Positions 14,204 to 25,729 of a DNA stretch of 64,000 bases are shown in pieces. Within the stretch, counting starts at the first letter, position 1, and each line of letters starts with the position of its first letter. The notes under the pieces are model-generated. The model was not told the origin of the DNA and made no database searches. It saw only the letters and a program-made list of their open reading frames with translations. This DNA comes from Octopus sinensis (taxonomy: Eukaryota), in NCBI RefSeq assembly GCF_006345805.1, contig NC_042999.1, positions 39,122,001-39,186,000 on the forward strand, read 5' to 3'. A program made the translations under genes and the position numbers.

Positions 14204-14336
14204 CTACATTATTTACTTTCGACGGATACTTTGTCTTCATCTTGTTTGTTGTTAACACAACGTTTCGGCTGATATAACCTCCTGCGATCTTCAGGTGTCT
14301 TGGGGAAAATTTGAACCTGGGTTCTCATTCCTAAGG

Positions 14337-14385
<49 letters not shown>

Positions 14386-14560
14386 GTTATTATTATTATT
14401 ATTATTAAGAACATCGAAAAATATCTTAAGAATGAGAACCAAGGTTCGAAATTTCCCCAAGACACCTGAAGAACGGTGGAATGTATATTAGCCGAAACGT
14501 TTTGTTAACAACAAACAAGATGAAGACAAATATCCATCGAATGTAAATAATGTACATAAT
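14204..14560. mobile_element. Fold-back HHR element with (ATT)n centre; degenerate HHRs at ~14254-14299 (-) and ~14461-14506 (+)
   Basis: Diverged inverted arms; gacac-CTGAAGA-...-gcc-GAAA-CG-TT on both strands; same family as 27124-27381. Confidence 0.75.
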
Positions 14561-15512
14561 GTACATAATCCCTCATATCTGAAATATGGAACAGATAAAT
14601 AACTCGTAAGTAAAATTTATTATTTAGCTTTAATACCGTACAATTAGTCTAATTCGTCTTTGAGTGAATTCGTTACTTCACCAATTTTCTCCTAGGAAAG
14701 AGAAATTAGGCGAATTATAATGCATTTAAAACAATTTATTTTATTCTATTTAATTTTTTAAATACTGCATTTTTCCCAAAACTACAGGCATGAATAATGG
14801 TCTTACATACAAATGTAATTTTTTTTTGCTTAAATAATATTTTCCATATATGAAATGAGTTTCTTAATATAAGCCCACAGGCTAAAATCGGATGGGCTTA
14901 TTTTTGGAAAAGCCCAGGAAATATGTTATAATTTTCATTTTAATAAAATATATTGAGGCAAGCTTGTCTTTGTTTTGCAACGGAAAGATAAGTATGTCAA
15001 ATTAAAACCAGAGTGGAGAAACTGCGTGTATGTAATGGGAGGAAAACAAAACAGGATTATAAATACAGAGACGATATCCTAGACATGGCAATCAGTGACT
15101 AACCAATTACTGCATCCAACTGTAGGAAATGTAAAGGAATATAATATTCGCTACAATAATCTCAGACAATGCTTTTTATCTTTTAAATACACGTTAGACT
15201 CGTGAGTGAAATGCATTTTGTAATAAGTTTTGTAATAAGTAATGTCCAGACGTGGGTATCATAAAGTAGAAGCGCCAGACAGCACACATGTACATCCACA
15301 AACACGTACACATGCAAACATTTATACGTACACTAATAAATAAATACATACATACATACATACACATACATACATACATACATACATACATACATACATA
15401 CATACGTACATAGAGTTAATCAAAACAAGAAAGCACAAAAAAACACAACAACGCGAGGACGTGGAACAAATATAGTATTATTGGACGCTCGGGAAAGAAG
15501 GAAAGAAGGAGG

Positions 15513-15547
15513 GCTTAACGTTTCGAGCGCAGCTCTTCGTCAGAAAC
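15513..15547 (-). ncRNA. Minimal hammerhead ribozyme in a PLE-pLTR-like fragment (~15415-15620)
   Basis: gttt-CTGACGA-a-gagc(tgc)gctc-GAAA-CG-TT-aagc: canonical core, 4-bp stem II, palindromic AACGTT. Confidence 0.7.
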
Positions 15548-15629
15548 ATAGGAGAAAGAAAGATCCAGAGAAGGGAAGACAGAGGAAAAAAATTCGCGGT
15601 CACATTTTGAAAAACCGACATACATATAT

Positions 15630-15709
<80 letters not shown>

Positions 15710-15713
<4 letters not shown>

Positions 15714-15900
15714 ATATTAATTAGAGACAAAACCACTATTTTGCAAAACAAACAAGGAAAGACTTAATACATAAAATTTTAATAAATTTATTTTTTATTT
15801 TTTACTTTTTTTTACTTTTTATTAAAATTTTATGTATTGATTAAGTCTTTCCTTGTTTGTTTTGCAAAATAGTGGTTTTGTCTCTAATTAATATTATATA
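15710..15900. repeat. Inverted repeat with ~75-bp arms and a T-rich spacer
   Basis: tataatattaattagagacaaaaccactattttgcaaaacaaacaaggaaagactta... is mirrored at ~15818-15900. Confidence 0.85.
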
Positions 15901-15957
15901 ATATTTTACTATAACATTGGATTTAATCCTAAATCTGATTTTTTCCCTAATATTTAT

Positions 15958-16019
<62 letters not shown>

Positions 16020-16801
16020 CGACTAGTATAATTATAGAACAATTGCAAATTGAAAGTTTCAACTATTATCATAAGACAATGGATAAAATGATTAGCGCAG
16101 ATATTATAAAGTCCTAATATAAACAGGTTCAAAGCCAAGATGAAATGAATAGAAATAGATGTAGCAAAACCAGTATAATACACTGCTTAAAGCATTGAGA
16201 AATCTGGAAAACATAATGGAAAGTATGATGAATAAGGCACAAGCCTGGTAGCAATCAAAACAATATGTGGAATCTCTGAATCAACTATGTCGACTTATTT
16301 GAATGCAGAATCCATTATAGCTCACCAGCATATTTCATATATTTTATTTTTATACAGTCCGGAATTAAACAGGATATATAATAAAGCAGTAATGTATATC
16401 TATTGGAAAATCTAGATAGAAATAGATTCTACAAGCCATTAGCAATATGTCAAATTAACTCAACAGACATCGAACTAATCAGAATCAATACAACCTATAA
16501 GTATACAGAGGTGAAAACTTAACACTGGCTGTATTGTTACGAACAAAACGTAGTCTCAGCATTTCAATTGACTTACGTCTAATTCTTGTAATTCATATAA
16601 ATATATATTTCTTCTTGAAAAGTAAAAATGTATCGTTTTATATGGAGATATGTAAATTGAAAATACCAGTGTTTCGCACATGGAAAATGATACATTCTTG
16701 TTAATGTTACAAACCCGAAGTGGCAAATTATCCATCTATCTCTCTATTGGTATTTGCCCTCCGTTTATCTTTCTCTTTATATATATATATATATATATAT
16801 A

Positions 16802-16967
16802 CTTTATTTAAAGCAGCGGAAAATTCAACAAAACCTGTTACTCTGAGTTTCCCGTTGCCGTTCATCGGCCAGATTTTGCTAGAATTCTAGCAAAAACTGT
16901 CCGATGAACGGCAACGGCAAACTCAGAGTAACAGGTTTTGTTGAATTTTCTGCTGCTTTAAATAAAG
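16802..16967. mobile_element. 166-bp spacerless palindrome with an HHR in each arm (16829-16878 on -, 16891-16940 on +)
   Basis: Centre gctaGAATTCtagc; plus arm caaaaactgt-CCGATGA-a-cg(gcaa)cg-g-CAAA-ctcaga-GTA-acaggttttg (minus arm has GAAA); 9/10-bp stem I, stem III ACTC-A-GAGT. Confidence 0.75.
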
Positions 16968-17049
16968 CATATTACTCTACCACTGGTATTTGAGTACTCT
17001 TTTTTCTATCTTGTTTCACATTTATGTGTTTACTCCAGTATATGTATAT

Positions 17050-17091
17050 ACTAGCATTAAAGAACCGTCGTTGCCGGGCCATAGTGCTAGT
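17050..17091 (-). mobile_element. Helitron-like 3' terminus (hairpin + CTAG|T)
   Basis: Minus strand cccggcaacgacggt...gCTAGt; same motif as 34655-34683. Confidence 0.5.
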
Positions 17092-17148
17092 GCATGTATA
17101 TATGTGTATATATATGTGTACATATTACATGTACATCTATATATATAT

Positions 17149-18617
17149 AATGATAAATATCAGAGTTAGTTATATACAGTAGCGGTAACACATCGTGACG
17201 TATTTTTGCCATTTCAATATAGCTAACCCCTAAGGGTGGATGCTAATGTAGTTTTTAGCTCCAGGAGAACACACTCCTCCAGCTGGCCATAGACACATTT
17301 TCTGTCAGAAAAGTCGACCTCGGCGGAATTTGAACTCAGACGAAAAACCGCTAAGCATTTCGCCGGCGTGTTAACGTTCTTAAGAACCTATAATACAATC
17401 GATAGAAGTTGTTGCGTAATAAAAAGGAGGCTCGATGTGAAAGTGGAGAAAGAATTGAAATTGTCCTGGAGTCTTCAATCAAGTTGAGGGTCTTCCACTT
17501 TTAAAGGGTGAACAAACTCTTATGGACTGGATTTTAATGTTCTAAGCTTATTAGTACAAAACAACGGCACTGTCTGTAACCATCCACAAGGAGAAATGTG
17601 CAGTCAAGTTATTCTCATACTTCGAATGAATTTTTCGGAAATGTAAGCGGAAGTTTTCACTTTTATAGAAAAAAACAAAATGAATGAGTGAGTGGGCGAG
17701 TGAACTGGTTGGCGAGTAACATAGAGACTGGTGTGGGGAGCAGCAGCAGTGAATAGAAAGAGGCGATAGAGAGAGGGAAAGCGAGAAAGTAGAGTGAGGA
17801 AAAGACAGAAGTCTTTGTAGATTATTAAGTGGTAAACGGTTTTCATTTCACACACAACACGCAAGCAGGCAACCCATACACACATACATCTACACTCGTT
17901 TAGGCGGTGTACATACAGAGGGCGAGTCTGTTCGGCAAGTTGTAATGACTTGTCTCGAAACTGAAGTGGTTTTACTCGAATGATACCAAATTTGTTCTTC
18001 TTTGCGGTATCTGTTTCCGTTTAATGTTGGAGGAGGTTCAATGAAGGGGATGAACCACAGAACACAAAAATGTGTGGGTCGCTGGTGGTTGTGGTGGCCG
18101 ATGATGGACGAGGAAGGTCGCGTATTTTGATTGTTAAGTATGTTTGTCATAACAGAAAGTGTGTCTATGGCCAGCTGGAGGAGTGTGTTCTCTGGGGCTA
18201 AAAACTACAGTAGCATCCACCCTTAGGGGTTAGCCATATTGAAATGGCAAAAATACGTCACGATGTGTTACCGCTACTGTATATAACTAACTCTGATATT
18301 TATCATTGTTTGATTTCACTTTTTCAATATCAGCGACAGTGGACGCTGGAAAAAGTATAAGTATTTGTGAAGGAAATCTAATTCTCGGCGACAACTATGA
18401 TCGTCACACGCTGACGAGAGGTCAATACCTCGAAACTCGAGTCCGTGTGTATCATAAGTTGAAGACGGGAAGGATGACTTCCCTTTGCAGATACTGACAG
18501 GACACAGAAAGTGTGTCTATGGCCAGCTGGAGGAGTGTGTTCTCCTGGGGCTAAAAACTACAGTAGCATCCACCCTTAGGGGCTAGCCATATTGAAATGG
18601 CAAAAATACGTCACGAT
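17149..18617. mobile_element. PLE-pLTR/retrozyme-like array: inverted partial copy (17149-17305) plus partial tandem direct repeat (18152-18503, 18504-18617)
   Basis: The ~155-bp arm 17149-17305 is the reverse complement of 18152-18307; the sequence recurs at 18504 (period ~352 bp); canonical HHR inside the unit. Confidence 0.75.
18393..18460 (+). ncRNA. Canonical type-I hammerhead ribozyme
   Basis: cacacg-CTGACGA-gaggt(caat)acctc-GAAA-ctcga-GTC-cgtgtg; intact core, 5-bp stem II, palindromic stem III ACTCGAGT; stem I extends via tatgat/atcata after an internal loop. Confidence 0.88.
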
Positions 18618-18689
18618 ATATATATATACATCTACACATAAAATACAAAATACAAAGTTATATCTTGATATTGCTAGTGATAACAATAC

Positions 18690-19400
18690 TCAAAATATAT
18701 AACAAACTGGAATTGTTAGCACGTCTCTTGAAATTTCGATCCATTGTATCTTGTCCTCCCTCTTGTATAGAGGTGTGGCTACAATCCAGCCTACCTCTAC
18801 TTCTGGGTGGGGGGCATTTTAAATGTTTTTTCCGGGACGTCCTGCGTCCCAGATATAAAGGTAAAATTAAAATATTTCCACTTTGCAAGTTCGAGTCGAG
18901 TACTTCCTTGCACGCTCCGTTGACTCGATCCTTGCTTCTATTGTGGCGAATTTACTGCCTCTGCTTAGATATCTTTCATAGTCGCACCAAGACACTTTTC
19001 GATGGTGCTTTCCTCCAGGTGTTCAAATCTTTTTTTTTCTCTACGTCGTATACTTTTTAGACAATAGTTTTTTTCTTTAATTTAAATTTTTATTTCGTTT
19101 GGTGGTGTTATCCTAGATTCACCGTCTTTGTCGGTGATCAATCCGTATTTCTTCCATTTTAATTTCAATGACTTCGCGCCCGCCGACGGCTGCAGCGAAA
19201 TTCATTTTTGGAATTTCTTCTATCGAAGGTATACTAATAAAAATGCTTCCGTGTAAACGGTGAAAATATTGCCAATTTCCCCAAACAGGGACACAATTCA
19301 ATTTTTAAACAATAACCAAAGCTCCTACAGGGGGAGGGCTACAATTATTTAACAAATGAAACCCAACAACATTTCCCTTACGTGGAACCAACAAACGTGA
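18690..19400 (-). pseudogene. Decayed L1/Tx1-type ORF1 (gag-like) remnant, distant relative of 38590-41165
   Basis: Frameshifted peptides MNFAAAVG...KDGESRITPP...IEKCL...SRGSKFATIE...ILPLYLGRRTS...PEVEVGWIVA align with YASATG...KDGTSLRLT...IEECL...NYGTVE...PPEIEEAWLMA. Confidence 0.55.
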
Positions 19401-19962
19401 TAACAATAGTTAAACAGTAATAATAATAACAAACCTTACAGTGAACCAAAAAACAGTACGCAATTGAAGCTATAGTCCTTTATGTATAATAGTCCATCTG
19501 GACTATTCCATTTCTGCACCCTAATTTTATTTTTAATTTATTCCCATTAATGTGAAACCACTTATTGAAGTTCAAATCATTGATGCAATTTTATACCAAT
19601 TGCTATTTTTACTTTTGTTATGTTACGATTATATCATACTTTAGTTTGATTTTAATTATTACTTACTACATATAATTCAATTTTTATTATTATTGTTAAA
19701 GTGAAAGCATCTGACATAAAATAGAGAAATATTTTTGTTTCACTTTTAACACGTAATACTGAAACAAAAACTTGAATCGGTAGATAGCCAAAGGATTGCC
19801 TTACCCATCGATTGTCCTTAGCTTGCAGAAACTTTGAAATAACTGTCAACAAAATTACTGTATGACGTTAATAAATATATATAAATGTGCGTTTATATAA
19901 ATATATATGGAAACACAGGGGCCATATATATATAGGTATGTATGTATGTATGTACATATATA

Positions 19963-21095
19963 CAGTAGGTATCAAATTATTAGGCACCTCTCTTTTTATC
20001 CAAATAAAAGTATTTATTTGTTCGAATCCAAATATCTTTTCACTGAATGATTTCAACACTTGTCTCAGCAAAGTGTAGGATGATAATTTGGATCCGCGCA
20101 GATATAAGCAAATCGTGGCCATTTTCCTGGAAAAGCAACAATTTTACCCTCCTAAATTATTAGGCAAGTACCCACTAAAAAGCGTGATTTAACATCAAAT
20201 GAGCAGTCCACAATCGCTTCGGTATTTGGAAAAGCAAAAACGATACTGGAAATATCAAAGATCCTGGGAAGAGATCATCGACCTGCGGTGAAGTTTGTGG
20301 GGTCTTCTGCTTTCCGTTCGAGGGCTGACAAGGGTAAATCGAGAGTTGTTTCCTGGCATACCCTATCACGTATTACGACAGAAGTTGCGAAGAACACGTG
20401 TTTGACTAGTCGAGACGTGTTTAAGTGTCGCCTTGTGAAGCTGGTAGCCAGGAATGTAAAGCCTGTTATAAGGCTCCTTCTGAAGGATGTTCATAAACAA
20501 AATAGAATCAAATGGGTAGAAGACTACATGCAGATAGATTTTTTCAAAAGTTCTCTTTACTGACGAATGCCGTGTTAACCTAGACGTATTAGATGGGTGG
20601 AGCGTAGGATAGGTCGCAATTAGCGTAGACGTCCTCATCATTTGAGACGCCGATATCTATAGCAATTAGGCTTCTCTGGATACTGTTCGAGGAAGTGGCC
20701 AGCGTGTTCACTTGAAAACCTCGATTGAAAATCTATGGAGTCTTTTGAAGAGTAATATATATCAAGATGGACGGCAGTTTTCAACGACAAATGCGTTCTA
20801 GGAAGCTACCGTGGATGCTGCTGAGAGAATTACACCAGATGAAATAGTTACCTTGAGAAATTCAATGGAGAAACGCCGCAGTGGTGTTTTCTCATGTAGA
20901 AGATCATACATCCATCATTAAGAAGTTTATGATATCATATTTCCATTCAAACATATCATTATGTTCATTATATTGTCCGTTACGATTCCATTCGTTTTTA
21001 AACTTTAAATGTAGCATTAAATAAATTTTTCTCATTACATAATTAGCAATTATATTAGACTCACCTAATAATTTAGGACGGTGAAAATAAGGCCT
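19963..21095 (+). mobile_element. Decayed Tc1-like DNA transposon (transposase remnant ~20185-20920)
   Basis: Starts TA|CAGT; internal repeat aaattattaggca (19974, 20154) inverted at ~21065; peptides ISKILGRDHR, KVLFTDECR, WPACS...NLWSLLK, SMEKRR. Confidence 0.85.
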
Positions 21096-21310
21096 ATTAA
21101 TATATAAATGGTCGTTGATTCTTTACGTATAGGTGGACCACAATTATAATGGTACCATACATGCAGAGAGATGTTATCACCATGTTGTGGAAAGTTGTTT
21201 TGATTTGAACGATAAAACACTCTGTTACTGGCAAAAAACTGAGCTGCCTAAAAATTTGACACGCAGTGTACATACGCATAAACATACACACACACACACA
21301 CACCACACAC

Positions 21311-21347
<37 letters not shown>

Positions 21348-21357
21348 ACACACATAT

Positions 21358-21399
<42 letters not shown>

Positions 21400-21450
21400 T
21401 ATCATCTCTCTCTCTTTATATATATATATTATATATATATATATATATAT

Positions 21451-21580
21451 ATTACACATACGTTTGCTGAATTTTCTTGAGAACAATCTTTTGTTAGTTC
21501 TCAGACCATATGAATTCTACTTCTAGCATATGGGATGTCCACTTAGTGGTCATCCCACTTATATGTATATAAATATATGC

Positions 21581-21613
<33 letters not shown>

Positions 21614-21782
21614 TATTCATCTCTCTCTCTCTTTTTATATATATATCTATATGCATATATATATACATATAAGTGGGATGACCACTAAGTGGACATCCCA
21701 TATGCTAGAAGTAGGATCCATATGGTCTGAGAACTAACAAAAGATTGTTCTCAAGAATATTCAGCAAACGTATGTGTAATAT
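21451..21782. repeat. Fold-back of repeat family X: ~120-bp inverted arms around a (TA)/(TC) spacer
   Basis: attacacatacgtttgctgaa...gtggtcatcccacttatatg mirrored at 21660-21782. Confidence 0.85.
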
Positions 21783-21881
21783 AATTTTTCTGAATCTTCA
21801 AATTTTTCAATATGCTAGGCCAATGGTTTAAATTGATATTAATCAAATTAACATTCAATATTTTACCCTTATATATATATA

Positions 21882-21927
<46 letters not shown>

Positions 21928-22020
21928 GAGGGTAGAGATTGATATTAATCAACAGCAATTTAAACCAGTGGCTTAGCATCCGAATATTAAAAATAATATT
22001 ACATACAAAATATAAAAGGA

Positions 22021-22521
22021 ATGACCACTAAAGTGGATTCCTAATATGCTAGAAGTGGACATCAAATCGCATTAGCACGAAGTGTGTGTCTCAAGAAAAT
22101 TTCAGCAAACACCAGAATGTTAAAATGAGTAAGACAAATCAAAATATACAAAATAAAATGATTACCTACGTACCATGGTTTCGTGTGTTAATATCTACGA
22201 ATGTAAATATCTGCAGACTCCCCTGTGCAGTTCGTCATTTACAAAACATAATTTTCAATACTAGACATCGAAGGTTCACTCGAAAGACATCATGTATGAT
22301 GTTTTGCAAATAAAACTTGGGGGTATCTTACAAAGGCCGGAAGTAACATTGCAGTTAATAAATTTCTGCAGCTAATTTACCGGTTAGAGGACAATTGTTA
22401 TTTCGAACTTCAACAATGAAGCTAGAAATTGATATTTATTTGTGTGTGTATATATATATATTAAGTGGTGTGCATATAACTTCATTATTATATGCATACA
22501 CACAGACACAGACGCACAGAC

Positions 22522-22608
<87 letters not shown>

Positions 22609-23211
22609 GTGTGCGCGTCTGTGTCTGTGTGTATGCATATAATAGAGAAAGAAAGGGGAGAGACAAGGAGAAAGAGATAGATAGATAGACAGACAGATGA
22701 CCACTAAAGTGGATTCCTAATATGCTAGAAATGGACATCAAATCGCATTAGCACGAAGTGTGTGTCTCAGAAAATTTCAGCAAACACCAGAATGTTAAAA
22801 TGAGTAAGACAAATCAAAATATACAAAATAAAATGATTACCTACGTACCATGGTTTCGTGTGTTAATATCTACGAATGTAAATATCTGCAGACTCCCCTG
22901 TGCAGTTCGTCATTTACAAAACATAATTTTCAATACTAGACATCGAAGGTTCACTCGAAAGACATCATGTATGATGTTTTGCAAATAAAACTTGGGGGTA
23001 TCTTACAAAGGCCGGAAGTAACATTGCAGTTAATAAATTTCTGCAGCTAATTTACCGGTTAGAGGACAATTGTTATTTCGAACTTCAACAATGAAGCTAG
23101 AAATTGATATTTATTTGTGTGTGTATATTATATATTAAGTGGTGTGCATATAACTTCATTATTATATGCATACACACAGACACAGACGCACAGACACACA
23201 CACACACATAC

Positions 23212-23289
<78 letters not shown>

Positions 23290-23913
23290 GTGTGCGCGTC
23301 TGTGTCTGTGTGTATGCATATAATAGAGAAAGAAAGGGGAGAGACAAGGAGAAAGAGATAGATAGATAGACAGACAGATGACCACTAAAGTGGATTCCTA
23401 ATATGCTAGAAATGGACATCAAATCGCATTAGCACGAAGTGTGTGTCTCAAGAAAATTTCAGCAAACACCAGAATGTTAAAATGAGTAAGACAAATCAAA
23501 ATATACAAAATAAAAAGATTACCTACGTACCATGGTTTCGTGTGTTAATATCTACGAATGTAAATATCTGCAGACTCCCCTGTGCAGTTCGTCATTTACA
23601 AAACATAATTTTCAATACTAGACATCGAAGGTTCACTCGAAAGACATCATGTATGATGTTTTGCAAATAAAACTTGGGGGTATCTTACAAAGGCCGGAAG
23701 TAACATTGCAGTTAATAAATTTCTGCAGCTAATTTACCGGTTAGAGGACAATTGTTATTTCGAACTTCAACAATGAAGCTAGAAATTGATATTTATTTGT
23801 GTGTGTATATATATATATTAAGTGGTGTGCATATAACTTCATTATTATATGCATACCACAGACACAGACGCACACACACACACATACATATATATAATAT
23901 ATATATATATATA

Positions 23914-23963
<50 letters not shown>

Positions 23964-24043
23964 CTGTGTCTGTGTGTATGCATATAATAGAGAAAGAAAG
24001 GGGAGAGACAAGGAGAAAGAGATAGATAGATAGACAGACAGAC
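22021..24043 (+). repeat. Three near-identical tandem ~680-bp units (starts 22021, 22697, 23378) built from family X plus internal microsatellites
   Basis: Each unit starts atgaccactaaagtggattcctaatatgctagaa; the same spurious 75-aa ORF repeats three times. Confidence 0.92.
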
Positions 24044-24576
24044 ATAGGTAGAAATGTACAGCCATATGTTTGTGTATGCCTATTTCGGCAGAAAGATTTG
24101 CAACTAAAGAAAAATACTAACAGAATTTAGAGTAAAACTTGTAACAGTCATGTAATGAAAAGAAGGAAAATTCAAAACTTCATAAATAGTAACGAGAAAC
24201 TTCGAGAATGATAAAGCGTATTCCTGCAAATCCGTAAAAAAAACACATCTTCGTTTGCTTTATTCACAACTAACAGATAAATTTAGGGAAAAAAGAAAAT
24301 TAAATAAGATTATGAAAACGCTTTCAGTAATAACACTGAAAGTTTCGAAAGATCCAAACAATTCTTCAGCAGAAATAAGTATCATTAACTAATAATGAAG
24401 TTATATGCACACCACTTAATCACATGAAACCTAAAGGTATATCAGCAATAAAACAATAGTCTCCCTGATGGAGAACATAGAATTTCGACATTTATAATTC
24501 GGTCACACTGCATAATAGTAATGTTTATTTTAAATGCACTGTAATTCATTACCATCATATGGAAGGTTATCATAAC

Positions 24577-25204
24577 TCTATCTATATTATATTTCAAGTA
24601 ATCATCTGGCCTAATTTATTGTGGAGCAGCGAAAAGTATAATGGGATCTGACAGGCGGATTTTAAAATATACTTCAACTCATGTATTGAGTATTTACTTC
24701 ACTTTTGCTGAGAAACTAGACGTCTCTCTCTCCCCGCTCTCTTTTTCTCTATATATATACATAGTCAAATGGCTATATCTATGTCCACCTTACTATCTAT
24801 ACGTATGCATGTATGTCTATATGGAAATAGGTGTCTATGTATGAGAAAATGTTTTAATCTCTCTGATGTAGGAATGATATATTTAAACTTAAAGTATAGG
24901 TACAAAGTATTAAACCATCATTTTATATAGAAGGAGCAACTTTAACTGTAAGTATTAGACACAGATTAGGGTTTAAAGATATTGAATATTACAGACAGTA
25001 GACAAATGGACAATAATAGCACATCAAAATTTGTTTATCGATTTCGTTTGGACGTATCTCAGTGAAGCATAACAACTAATTCTAGTTAAGGCGATCAATG
25101 AGACTGTCCTATCAGAAGTAGATGCTTGGGAATCATTGAGAATGCAGCAGCTGCTCCACAATAAATTAGGCCAGATGATTACTTGAAATATAATATAGAT
25201 AGAG
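24577..25204. repeat. ~55-bp perfect inverted repeat pair with a ~520-bp spacer
   Basis: ctctatctatattatatttcaagtaatcatctggcctaatttattgtggagcagc and its reverse complement at ~25150-25204. Confidence 0.85.
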
Positions 25205-25667
25205 TCTTGAGTGAGACGTCAGTTTCATTTTCGTTGAATATTGGAAGTAACTTTCCTAAAGATTTGGTTTTAATGCGAAAAGTACTTTTACACTAAGTTA
25301 TTATCTTGTTTTAAGTTATTGGTTTTGCCACTCAGTTGGTTCATTGTATTATTATTAATGTCTATAAATTCGTTACAGTTGGTCGTAGTTGTCATGAAAC
25401 AATTGATTTTGTTTTACGAATGTGTAGAATATGCAAATGATTGTTATTTCTTCTCACTCTTTGTCTGTCTTTTGTTTATCCCCAGGTAAGCTCCTATCTA
25501 GTATTTCTATTATGAAGTTCATCCAGCTGTGAACATCCCATCCTTTAAATAGACAGTTTGTGTGTGTGCATCGTGTAAAAACTTATCATTCACACCCGTA
25601 TTCATACAAGCCACACACACACATACGTACGTATTCCTGCACTACACAGACTCACAATCACACGAAT

Positions 25668-25729
<62 letters not shown>

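Noticed and set aside
22165-22265. HHR-like GAAACCATGGTA on minus with an upstream TTGAAAA and a long hairpin
   Set aside because: No convincing stem I or stem II closure by eye; needs a family alignment
22086-23670. Three copies of a 75-aa ORF (MSQENFSKHQ...)
   Set aside because: By-product of the tandem repeat; GTG start, no motifs, frame not kept in the diverged copy at 7560-7822
24840-25150. Possible decayed GIY-YIG remnant between the 55-bp inverted repeats
   Set aside because: Only a vague FYI.GAT...RHRL resemblance amid many stops
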